Source: Methanobacteriota archaeon (lineage in GTDB: Archaea; Halobacteriota; Bog-38; Methanoflorentales; Methanoflorentaceae). Taken from it: a stretch of 64,000 nt of DNA. The DNA lies in the NCBI GenBank assembly GCA_963719035.1, contig CAVRAO010000008.1:192001-256000 (forward strand), given 5' to 3'. The stretch's first letter is position 1, and every line of letters starts with the position of its first letter. Under the pieces are notes generated by a model. The model was not told where the DNA came from and ran no database searches. It saw only the letters and a list, made by a program, of their open reading frames with translations. This document shows, piece by piece, positions 52,194 through 61,614 of this stretch. The translations under genes and the position numbers were made by a program.

Positions 52194-52805
52194 TTAATGA
52201 GCGACTTCAATTCGATAGATTATCGCATCCACATATCGTACTTCATCCTTATGAAACTTAAAGGTATGTGCAATGGGCAGCTTCACGGAAATTGCGTCAG
52301 TAACGCGATGCGGCTCAACGAAGTGCCGCACGAAGCCGTTTACAATGGCGTTGTGAAGCAAGTAAATCACTTGGCCCACACTTACTGCCTTACGTAGAAA
52401 CGGCCTGTCACTGCGCCGCTTCTGGGCACCGAACGGGGGATTCATTACGACGGTATCGTAAGAACCCGCAAAGCTTTCTATGTCACTTTGTTGCCAAACT
52501 ACTTTTACATCGAGCAACTTGGCGTTTGCTCGGGCGATCTCTAACGCTCGATCGTCTGAATCGACGCCGGTCGCAACTCCCCCTAATAAGGCCGCCCCCA
52601 AAGCAAGGACGCCCGTCCCACAGCCCAAATCAACCACGCGCTTGCTAACAATGTCGCCTCGCAAGAACGCGAAGTGGAGGAGTCGGGCAGCGACGGTTGC
52701 AGGCGTGTAATATTGTTCGAGCTTTGCTGAAGGAGATTCGAAGACTTTTACGTGCTCGAGGATGATTTCAAGCTTACGCTGTCTCATTGTTGCCAAATGC
52801 CTCAA
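52194..52805 (-). CDS. METTL5-family methyltransferase
   Basis: LEQYYTP, DLGCGTG, MNPPFG. Confidence 0.9.
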   Translation of the reverse strand: MRHLATMRQRKLEIILEHVKVFESPSAKLEQYYTPATVAARLLHFAFLRGDIVSKRVVDLGCGTGVLALGAALLGGVATGVDSDDRALEIARANAKLLDVKVVWQQSDIESFAGSYDTVVMNPPFGAQKRRSDRPFLRKAVSVGQVIYLLHNAIVNGFVRHFVEPHRVTDAISVKLPIAHTFKFHKDEVRYVDAIIYRIEVAH

Positions 52806-52871
52806 ATGCTAGCGCGCTTGGGAGCGATTGGGGTCGGAAGCTAGATAATCGATCTCGTTGAGATAAGCAGC

Positions 52872-53831
52872 CTATCGCCTTCTATTAACCAAATATGCAA
52901 CAAAAGTCAATCCTAACACGACAAAAACGGCTTCAAAGCCAGGCAGTGGATTGCTCGAACCAGTTGATTTTGCTGAAGACGTGTTGCCCTGAGTGTTATC
53001 TTCGTTTGTGGACTTGGGGGGTATATTAACTGCTTTGTTGACGCCGGCAAATGCTGTCGATTGTGTTGTTAAGTTGCCAGCCGGATTTGTGCCAGTTACA
53101 GTGACATTGACCGTCTGATTGTCAGCAAGCGTCTTGCTCGTAATACCCATCCATTGCACTAGCAGGTGATGCACATAATCAGGCGCAACAGCGGTATCAG
53201 TTGACAGTCCCGTAATTCCACTTAAATCGGCGGAAAAAGCCTTCTTCACCTTTTCTTCATTTACACCTGGGTTTTGCGTTGTTGGCTTATCTGTCGTATG
53301 ACAAAGACGGCAGTTGCCAGTCACAGCGGTACTCACAGAAAAAGAGTCCCCTGGTTTGACAAGACCGGTGTCCTTCACCGTGTTTGGCCCGACTATGGTT
53401 GGTATCAGCTTAAGCTTAGCACTCTGCACGGTCAACACAGTTGTTCTAGTCGGCCCGTATGGATCTTCAACTTTGATAATATATTGCCCAGGGGCTAAAG
53501 GTGGGGTTAGCCACGAGAAAAGTATGAAACCATTGGTAGAGTTATCAGCGTCATTCACGCCCCCATCAGTTGCGTTCGCTATTTTCACCAACACGCCGCC
53601 GTCGTCTTCCTTGCCGTTCTTGTTGGAATCGGCGTAATATGAAAGTGCAACTGAACTCCCGTTTCGTGCCATGTCGGCTGATATTAGAACCCTGTCTCCG
53701 GAATTTACTGTATTCGGCTGAGGTTGTACAATTTTGGTTGCCGATGTGTTGATTACAGCAGAACTTACTAGCAATAAGACAGCAATGACAGATAGCAACA
53801 GCAATGTCGTTCCATGGGTCGATGGTGGCAT
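52872..53831 (-). CDS. PGF-CTERM-anchored surface protein with a single CxxCH motif
   Basis: ATG 53831 after GAGGT; signal peptide; DSNKNGKEDD Ca-loop-like segment; CRLCH at 53298-53312; LPGFE + TM + RRR. Confidence 0.8.
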   Translation of the reverse strand: MPPSTHGTTLLLLSVIAVLLLVSSAVINTSATKIVQPQPNTVNSGDRVLISADMARNGSSVALSYYADSNKNGKEDDGGVLVKIANATDGGVNDADNSTNGFILFSWLTPPLAPGQYIIKVEDPYGPTRTTVLTVQSAKLKLIPTIVGPNTVKDTGLVKPGDSFSVSTAVTGNCRLCHTTDKPTTQNPGVNEEKVKKAFSADLSGITGLSTDTAVAPDYVHHLLVQWMGITSKTLADNQTVNVTVTGTNPAGNLTTQSTAFAGVNKAVNIPPKSTNEDNTQGNTSSAKSTGSSNPLPGFEAVFVVLGLTFVAYLVNRRR

Positions 53832-53994
53832 TTTGATTACCTCGAACAAGTTGTGAACAATTATCGGCAAGTTCATATATAAAACATTCGAGTATCCTAA
53901 TGCGGCACAATCCTTATAATCAAGAACCAAAGCCGCAGAATTCCTAAATCGGCGAGTTACGTTTATAACCGTCAAAAAAGCTAAAAAGATTACG

Positions 53995-56104
53995 ATGGAC
54001 GACTTCTTTTTTCCAAGATCGATTGCGGTAATTGGCGCTTCCAGAGAGAGTGGCAAAGTTGGATATTCTGTGTTAAAAAACCTTATGGACGCCAACTACG
54101 ACGGAGAGCTTGTCCCGGTAAATCCAAACGCCGACGAGATCTTGGGCTTAAAAGCATATCCTAAGGTAAAAAAGGTAGACCTCGCAATTATCGTAGTACC
54201 AGCAAGCATCGTGCCTTCTGTACTCGAGGATTCAGCGCGCGTCGGCGTTAAGGCCTCAATAATTATATCGGCGGGATTTAGAGAGTCCGGACCACAAGGC
54301 GCGATCCTGGAAACGCAAATTCGGGAGATAGCTAAAGAACATAGCATTAGAATAATCGGCCCTAACTGTCTAGGTCTCATCAGCACCGGCGCAAATATGA
54401 ATGCCTCCTTCGCGAGCGAATATCCACGCAAAGGCAATATCTCTCTTATATCACAAAGTGGAGCAATCTGCACCTCTTTTCTTGATTGGGCCGCCAACGA
54501 AAGCCTCGGCTTCGATAAATTGGCAAGCGTCGGAAACAAAGCCGACGTAACAGAAGCTGAGTTACTCGAATATATCGCACACGATCTGTCGACGAACGTC
54601 GTTGCGCTCTACGTCGAAGGGATTGATAACGGGCGCGAATTCATGCGCGTTGCGAAAGCGGTGTCTAGGATGACGCCGCTCGTCGTGCTCAAGGCGGGTC
54701 GGACTGATATGGGGGCTAAGGCAGCCTCCTCCCACACCGGCGCGCTTGCGGGATCAGATGCAGCCTATGACGCTGCGTTCAAGCAATCGGGGATTATACG
54801 GGTCAATTCAATTGACGAGTTGTTCGATGCAGCAAACGCCTTCTCGCGATGTCCAATTCCGAAAAGCTCAGGAATGGCTATCATAACAAACGCCGGGGGA
54901 CTTGGCGTGCTTGCGAGCGATGCAGCCGTTGAGTACAAGGTACCATCTAGCAAACTTTACCAAAGAGACGATCATCGCACTTCGGGGCGCACTAACCCGA
55001 GAGAGCAATATCTACAATCCAGTTGATATCCTCGGAGATGCAAAGCCACAACGATACGTCGACACGTTAAAAACTGTCTTGGCTGATCAAAACGTCGGGT
55101 TGGTTATTGTGCTTCTCACTCCGCTAGCTATGACAGAACCAGAAGAGACCGCAGGTTTGCTCAATAAGCTCGCCTTAAAAGCGTCCAAGCCCATATTGAC
55201 CTCCTTTCTAGGCGGAAAAGAGCTGGCCAAATCGCGCGATAAGTTGAAACAAGGCAAAACAGCTAACTTCACAAGTCCAGAAACTGCCGTCCGAGCAGCG
55301 AGCAACCTTATCAGATTTAGAGAGATCGCAATGTCAGAAGAGTTGGAATCGATGCCACCCAGAGAGGCCAGCCAAAAAAGCGGTGCGTTGCTGCAAATTC
55401 AACGAGTTCAAGCAGAGGGGAGAACGTCGTTGACAGAAGAAGAAGGTATGAACGTCCTGCGGGTGTACGGCATCAGGACCCCGAAAGACAAGATTGTGAC
55501 CTCGCGAGAGAACGTGATACGAGCGGCGCGCGAAATAGGTTACCCTGTCGTGTTGAAGGTAAACTCGACAGATATCTCCCACAAGACCGATGTTGGAGGG
55601 GTAATTACAGGCATTAGCACTGACAAGGCAGCCAACAACGCTTTTGATCAAATTTACACTAACATTAACAAGAGAATGCCGCAAGCGCTAATCGGAGGAG
55701 TTACGGTAGAAGAGATGGTGCACGGAGTAGAGGTGATAATCGGGGTCACCCGCGACCCCCAATTCGGACCTTTTATCACCTTTGGCCTAGGGGGGGTTTA
55801 CGTAGAAGTGCTAAGAGACGTATCGCATAGATTAGCTCCGATTACCCTAGCCGAGGCAAAGAGGATGATTTCTGAAGTCAAGTCATACCCGATTCTCCTT
55901 GGCGCGCGCGGTAGAAAAGCGCTCGACATCGATGCCATAGCGCGCACTATAGTCTGCGTCAGCAGAATCAGCCAAGATTTCAAAGAGATCCTAGAGATAG
56001 AGATTAACCCCCTTATGGTACAAGAAGTGGGCTGCATTGCAGTAGATGCGCTAGTTGTCATAGAGAGGAGAGATAATGCTCTTAAAAATAGCGGAGGTGG
56101 ATGA
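53995..56104 (+). CDS. acd: Acetate/acyl--CoA ligase (ADP-forming), fused alpha-beta, +1 indel at GGTACC 54939-54944
   Basis: IAVIGAS, IGPNCLG, SQSGA, SHTGALAG, NAGG in frame 1; NPVDILGD, HKTDVGGV, DPQFGP, EINPL in frame 2; span 2110 = 3n+1. Confidence 0.9.
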
Positions 56105-57107
56105 CTTGAGAGTTGAGTGCGAGATTCCAGCACTCGTCATAAGTTCCGTTTCAGAACGAAGCGGAAAAACCGTTGTCGCATTAGGTCTTGCATTAAACTT
56201 TAAAGGAGTTTTAGGGTTCTACAAGCCGATCCGTGAAAATCTTATCCCCGTTAAAGGAAATTTGGTTGAGGAAGACGCGTATCTAATGAAACACGTCCTC
56301 AACTTAGAGGATGAGTCACTGCTATCGCCTTTCACCTATAACCTCTTTAAAGGCATTAAAGCTGAGGACATTATTAGCGGTTTGAACCGCATTTACCGCG
56401 ATAAGCAGGCAGTTTTGCTCGAGGGGACGAAAGACATCAGCACTGGGTTCTTACACAACGTTTCAAGCATTCAGATTGCTAAATTACTGAACGCTGAGAT
56501 CTTGCTAGTGACCGACATTTACTCGCTTGATATGGTAGCAATGACCAAACTACTTCTCGACAAACTCAAGGTAAAGCTCAAAGGTGTGGTGCTAAATCAG
56601 TCACAAGATCCACAATTTGAAAACTATATGATAAAACGAGGGATAAAAATCCTCGGGTCAATTCCGTTCCTAACGGAGCTGAAAGCACTTCACGCGAACG
56701 AAATAGCTGAAGAACTCGGTGCAGAAATCATAGTCGCTGGAGAAGACCACCCTATAGAGAGGATCCTTATCGGAGCGATGACGCCCGAATCTGCACTTAA
56801 ATATTTCAGAAAGGCGCCCGCTAAAGCGGTCATAACCGGAGGAGACAGGGCAGATATACAACTTGCCGCTTTGTCGACTTCGACATCGTGCCTCGTGCTA
56901 ACTGGTGGATTGTACCCAGCCAATCACGTTATTGCAAGAGCACAAGAACTCGGCGTTAGCGTAGTTCTTGTGAATTTGGATACGTTGACTGCTGCTGAAC
57001 GATTAGAGAGACTAACAGCGCGCATAGATCCATTTGACAGCCAAAAAATCAATTTGATAAAGGAAACCGTAAGACAGAACCTCGATACAGAAGCAATATG
57101 GGGGTGA
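56076..57107 (+). CDS. Phosphotransacetylase-N-like (BioD-like plus DRTGG) protein
   Basis: SGKTVVALGL, YKPI, IGAM, ITGGDRADIQLAAL, LVLTGG; start may be TTG 56106. Confidence 0.88.
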   Translation: MLLKIAEVDDLRVECEIPALVISSVSERSGKTVVALGLALNFKGVLGFYKPIRENLIPVKGNLVEEDAYLMKHVLNLEDESLLSPFTYNLFKGIKAEDIISGLNRIYRDKQAVLLEGTKDISTGFLHNVSSIQIAKLLNAEILLVTDIYSLDMVAMTKLLLDKLKVKLKGVVLNQSQDPQFENYMIKRGIKILGSIPFLTELKALHANEIAEELGAEIIVAGEDHPIERILIGAMTPESALKYFRKAPAKAVITGGDRADIQLAALSTSTSCLVLTGGLYPANHVIARAQELGVSVVLVNLDTLTAAERLERLTARIDPFDSQKINLIKETVRQNLDTEAIWG

Positions 57108-57164
57108 TGGTTTCAAAATCGTGCATTATCATCTGTAAAAATAGCGGTTTATGCGAAAGAGCGA

Positions 57165-58214
57165 CTAGGCGCCTTTTTTGCCCCTCATTTTGTTCCTCAA
57201 CGCCTTTTTTGAGGTTACATCCCCCAAAACAAATCCGTCAGCATCAAACTGCAGCATCTGCTCAGTCGAACGAGGCGGATCCTTCGTCGTAGTCACCCCG
57301 GCCCCCTCAGAGGCATCTTCAGGTGCAGTTACTTCTATCTTTCTCGATCGCTGTGGCTTTGAGATAACACCTAAATCTGAGCGATCCTCGACTGTCGCAG
57401 ACGCACTGCTGAGTGCGGGGGGATTGGGTATACTGCTATCTCCTGCTCCATAGTCGTCTCCCTTGAAATGGTCATCATCATAACGGTCTTCACCAGACCT
57501 GTTTTGTGAGAAGACGAAAAACAGCGCAACTGTAATAAGCCCAGTCATTGCGATTATGAAATACGCCCACGGGCTGAGATGATTTATAACATCACCAACG
57601 TTACTGATCCCAATTTCTGCGTCCGCCGCCTTTCCCGCTGCTGCCTTAGTAGGAGTTAGACTTGCAATTGTGAGTGTCGCCGCATTTTGCTGCACATCAT
57701 AAAGGGGCGTTGCTTGACTGGATGGGTCAGTGCCGTTTTTATAAATAACAACCCCTATTACATAACTGCCTGCTGACAAGCCTTGGGGCGTAAATGTGAT
57801 TGAGCGTGTTTCTTCAGCTTTTAGTGCTAACACCGTGCTATTTGAGAGCACGTTCGCGCCAGCCGAATTCTTATATACGACGTCAATGCTGACGCCATCG
57901 AGTGCGACTTTCCCATTTTGCACAGTAACTATCACTTGTGGCGTTGCAGTCGATTGACCTGTGTTAACAGTTTTGACGCTGGTGATGTTGACCGATGGGG
58001 TCGTTGTTTGTTGCGGTATCAAAGAATTAAGGTCAAAGCGCTTTGTGAAATTACTTAATAGACTGTCAATTTGGTTGAAAACGCCATTGTTGTCGAGTTG
58101 CGCAGCAGTCGATTGGTGGGGGGAAAGCTCTATTGCCTCTGATAGCGGCGCTAATATTATTAGCGCTGTAAACGTCAAAACTAGCGAAAGCACAAGCAAA
58201 GCTGATCGACGCAT
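57165..58214 (-). CDS. Hypothetical type I membrane protein (signal peptide, Ig/CARDB-like ectodomain, TM, acidic tail)
   Basis: N-terminal hydrophobic helix, beta-rich GSYVIGV segment, TM WAYFII...FFVF, about 110 aa tail. Confidence 0.7.
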   Translation of the reverse strand: MRRSALLVLSLVLTFTALIILAPLSEAIELSPHQSTAAQLDNNGVFNQIDSLLSNFTKRFDLNSLIPQQTTTPSVNITSVKTVNTGQSTATPQVIVTVQNGKVALDGVSIDVVYKNSAGANVLSNSTVLALKAEETRSITFTPQGLSAGSYVIGVVIYKNGTDPSSQATPLYDVQQNAATLTIASLTPTKAAAGKAADAEIGISNVGDVINHLSPWAYFIIAMTGLITVALFFVFSQNRSGEDRYDDDHFKGDDYGAGDSSIPNPPALSSASATVEDRSDLGVISKPQRSRKIEVTAPEDASEGAGVTTTKDPPRSTEQMLQFDADGFVLGDVTSKKALRNKMRGKKGA

Positions 58215-58393
58215 GTCCTAACTAACCCTCGTGATTTGTACACGCATGTGCGAGTCCCAATGCCTAATAACTATACGTAAACCTACCATGGGCGCAGAAG
58301 TCTTAAGTTCACCGAACAAAAAAAACCGAATGTGGCAATTTTTCCAGTATTGCGAATAAGGACACTTGTATCGCTGCAAGAGACCTCACTAAA

Positions 58394-59233
58394 CTAGTAC
58401 TCTAGTACTCTAATGAGGTCCGAGTCTTTTATGATCCCTTCCAATTTATCATCGGCCGTCACTATAGGCAAGAGCTCGACGTCAAAACGCCGCATCTGTC
58501 TAGCACATTCACTAATACCTGTCTTGTGATATAGCGATTCGTATTCAGCCATCATTATGTCCTTCACTGGTGAGTTTGGAAGCTCTACTCTAGATACGCC
58601 GTAGTACAGACTCATCGTATCCCTGACCGCTTCCCATGTCCAAGCATCTTCGTCCGAACCCGCAGATAGGTCTGCCTTTTCTATTGTATCTTCAATTTTA
58701 CTAGCTTTCAGCAGAGCGCCCTCAGTAATAATACCCACGACCCTGTTGGTCGAATCTAGTACCGGACTCGCTTCAGCGTTCGCGAGCTTCATAATTTCAC
58801 CGACAACGTCAACGGGCGTCATTTCCCAAACCGCAACGATTTCACGTATGAAATAGTCATCCACAGGAGTCTTGATATCCATATCTGCTATAGCACTCAC
58901 GATATCGGTTACCGTAATAAAACCGACGAGTTGAGAATCATCGACTACAGGCATACGTCTAATCGCGTTTTCAATAAATAAACGGACTGCATCTTTGATG
59001 GTCGCCGTCGGAGATACAAAAACGGGCTGCCTTGTCATAAGAAGGGCGATTTGATCCTCCTCAGGATTCCTAAATATGTCGCCGCGCGTTATTATACCGA
59101 CAAGCGTGCGATTCTTGACGACAGGAACGCTTGTTATCCCCTTGTCCTTCATAATTTTGATGGCCGTGTCTCGAGATCCAGGTACCTCAACGAAGACAAC
59201 ATCCCTTGTCATGACATCTTCGACGTTCATCAT
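58394..59233 (-). CDS. CBS domain protein (4 CBS)
   Basis: VEDVMTRDV, LVGIITRGD, IRRMPVV, DEDAWTWE. Confidence 0.9.
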   Translation of the reverse strand: MMNVEDVMTRDVVFVEVPGSRDTAIKIMKDKGITSVPVVKNRTLVGIITRGDIFRNPEEDQIALLMTRQPVFVSPTATIKDAVRLFIENAIRRMPVVDDSQLVGFITVTDIVSAIADMDIKTPVDDYFIREIVAVWEMTPVDVVGEIMKLANAEASPVLDSTNRVVGIITEGALLKASKIEDTIEKADLSAGSDEDAWTWEAVRDTMSLYYGVSRVELPNSPVKDIMMAEYESLYHKTGISECARQMRRFDVELLPIVTADDKLEGIIKDSDLIRVLEY

Positions 59234-59392
59234 TTTTTAAGCCTCTAGTACGCGATCGTTCTAGTGTCACGTGAGGTTCATGCAGCAAGCCAAGCTTTGA
59301 CCTGCCGGATCCGCCGTTGCGGGTTTGTGCGCATGTCGCTTGTGACCCCGTTGTAGCAGCAAATAGCGCAGTTCGACGCGCTAACTAAGCAT

Positions 59393-60490
59393 CTAGCCCC
59401 CGTGAGTATGGAGGACAATGTCGTCTGGACGAGCTCTTCTGACCACGCTGCTGATAATATTCTGAGTTCCAAAGAGGTTGTGTGATCGGTTGTTAATGAT
59501 TAGGAGATTAGCATGCTTACCGGCGACAATTGAGCCAAGTTCATTGTCAATTCCTAAAATTTTGGCATTGTTGAGTGTCGCCATTTCGAGCACCTTGATG
59601 TCGTCATGCAGAAATGCTTTTGACGCAAACTCCATTTCCGCAAACATATTTACTGAATTGAGCATCACATTATCAGTACCCAGCCCAACAGTGGTCGCCT
59701 GCATCATTTCTCCGATTGGCGGCCGCAGAAAAGACGAACCGACACCAGTTACGAGGTTTGACCTAGGACATACCACAATGGGAACCCCGCTTTCAATCTG
59801 GTGTTTGGAAGCATACGTCATGTGGATAAGGCAGTCCGGGTTGAGTGATATCGCAGAATCAATATCCGAGGCGTCCTTTTCGCCTGCATGTATAGCAACA
59901 AACTTCCCACGTGTTCGTGCCCTGTTGAACATCGCACCAATGACTGAACTATCGCAATCCCGACTTCCACTTACCCCTAGGCCGTGCGCAATATCGAGAA
60001 TGGTATCAATTTCATCTTCTACTATATAATTTCGTGCATCGTTTAACCTGCCTAGAATCATTACCCTCACTTGTTTTACAAAGTCCATCGCGCTTCTTAG
60101 CGCGTTTATGCCATATAGTCCGCCCTCTCTGAAGTCTGCTAACATGGCAGTTCCCGTAACAAAAGCGTCTAAAAGTGACTGATGCATAGCCTCGACTATT
60201 ACACCCAGTGCTGCCTCACGAAGAGCACGATGTTTCAAACCGTGAGGGGGTCTCACTAGAGTGTCTAAGTCACCGTAGGGGGCATCTTTGATTATGGAGT
60301 CGCCGAGGTGTGTATGTGCGTTAATCAAAGCAGGCATAACGATGCCGCTTGCCTCACAATTGTCGGGTTTGACGTTTGATCGCTCTTCTATTTCGACGAT
60401 TCTCCCCCCCTCAACGTGGACATAACCAGTTATTAAATCAAAATCATCGCCATTTAGAATGCGTCCGCCGACAACGTAATCCCTCATCAC
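59393..60490 (-). CDS. Amidohydrolase family (nucleoside deaminase-like)
   Basis: INAHTHLGDS, IHAGE, VCPRSN, LGTDN. Confidence 0.88.
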   Translation of the reverse strand: MMRDYVVGGRILNGDDFDLITGYVHVEGGRIVEIEERSNVKPDNCEASGIVMPALINAHTHLGDSIIKDAPYGDLDTLVRPPHGLKHRALREAALGVIVEAMHQSLLDAFVTGTAMLADFREGGLYGINALRSAMDFVKQVRVMILGRLNDARNYIVEDEIDTILDIAHGLGVSGSRDCDSSVIGAMFNRARTRGKFVAIHAGEKDASDIDSAISLNPDCLIHMTYASKHQIESGVPIVVCPRSNLVTGVGSSFLRPPIGEMMQATTVGLGTDNVMLNSVNMFAEMEFASKAFLHDDIKVLEMATLNNAKILGIDNELGSIVAGKHANLLIINNRSHNLFGTQNIISSVVRRARPDDIVLHTHGG

Positions 60491-60524
60491 AACGTATAAA
60501 TCGTAGCGGACTGTATTTTAAATT

Positions 60525-60695
60525 ATGGCGAGAGGGAAACGTGAAACAGGCGGACCTATGTCGAGCGCTGGCTTGGTACGGTACTATGAATCAGAAGACA
60601 AGAACGCCATACACATTCCTCCTCGATCAATTATCGTAGCGTGCATTCTATCTGCTGTAATAATAATAGCGCTAAATTTTATCTTTGCAAGCTAG
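60525..60695 (+). CDS. secG: Preprotein translocase subunit Sec61beta, below the ORF-track cutoff
   Basis: Manual translation MARGKRETGGPMSSAGLVRYYESEDKNAIHIPPRSIIVACILSAVIIIALNFIFAS. Confidence 0.92.
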   Translation: MARGKRETGGPMSSAGLVRYYESEDKNAIHIPPRSIIVACILSAVIIIALNFIFAS

Positions 60696-61113
60696 CAAAC
60701 ATCGCATTTGGGCGTAATTAGATCGAATGCGCAGCCGTAATAGGGACATCGGGCCTGTCTGCTGCAATATCGAAAATGAAAATTTAGTTAATGAACGGTC
60801 TGCCCTATATTTGATTGACTTTTTCAATTTTGCAGGAAGTTTCTTCAACAAGCGTTCGAATCTGATCTAGTAGGCGTAACTGTTCTTTCATCGCAGCAAC
60901 AGTAGAACTTATCGACATGCTGATGGCCAAATTGATGTCCTGACTGAAGCATATCAGAAAACAGATCAAATAGCATCGGAATCTATGCTGCAGTTAAAAA
61001 CTTGGCCGACTGCTTTTGCTTTGAAATAATAAGCTGTTTTTCACGCATATTCATGTGCAGCTGATGAGGGCGTACAAACTTAATACTAGAAACACAATTT
61101 CAAACGAAGGTTC

Positions 61114-61614
61114 ATGGTTAACGTAACGCGAAATCTCGTTCGAATCTTGTTTTTAGTCGTCATGCTGCTGTTAACAGCCACATATGGAATGGCAAATGTG
61201 CAGAAACAGGGCGACCTCTGGCTCGATCCAGTAGTAACCAAGGGCGAGTTAGAATCTACAACGTGGATAAAAACGAACACCCACGCGTCAGATCACTTCC
61301 AATCTGACATCTTTGGCGGCGAGCTGGTAATGGGCATGACCACCCGCACACCTATCGTTGGTGGTGACTGGGCTAACGCGCCAGATCCTATTGCGAACAT
61401 GAAAGATTCCCAACAGATTTACCAAACGAGCTCCGCGAGCGAAGCATATGCACTGTGCAAACAATACAACTTGAGTTACGTGTTTGTTCCACTTAACAGA
61501 CTGGTTTTTTGCGGATTTGGATGGATATCAGTTAATGCTACAAAGTTTGACAATAGCGACTATTTCAAGCTCCAATATTCAAACGAGGATGTACGAATTT
61601 ATGAAGTGGCTTAA
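61114..61614 (+). CDS. Membrane-anchored protein resembling the soluble C-terminal domain of GT-C glycosyltransferases
   Basis: N-terminal TM; ELESTTWIKTNT...KQYNLSYVFV...YSNEDVRIYEV pattern. Confidence 0.6.
   Translation: MVNVTRNLVRILFLVVMLLLTATYGMANVQKQGDLWLDPVVTKGELESTTWIKTNTHASDHFQSDIFGGELVMGMTTRTPIVGGDWANAPDPIANMKDSQQIYQTSSASEAYALCKQYNLSYVFVPLNRLVFCGFGWISVNATKFDNSDYFKLQYSNEDVRIYEVA

Noticed and set aside
59234-59392. Gap with small hairpins (TAGCGC/GCGCTA) where some relatives have a universal stress protein gene
   Set aside because: No USP-like ORF, and no C/D boxes or tRNA features; insufficient support.
277-60029. Numerous antisense ORFs in the track over conserved genes (e.g. 3067-3921, 16975-17514, 59478-60029)
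   Set aside because: Shadow ORFs opposite well-supported genes, with no motifs.
61030-61100. Hammerhead-like CTGATGAG...GAAAC
   Set aside because: No convincing stem II and no properly placed NUH/stem III pairing.
60696-61113. Short minus-strand ORFs in a 420-bp intergenic region
   Set aside because: Short, with no recognisable homology or ribosome-binding site.
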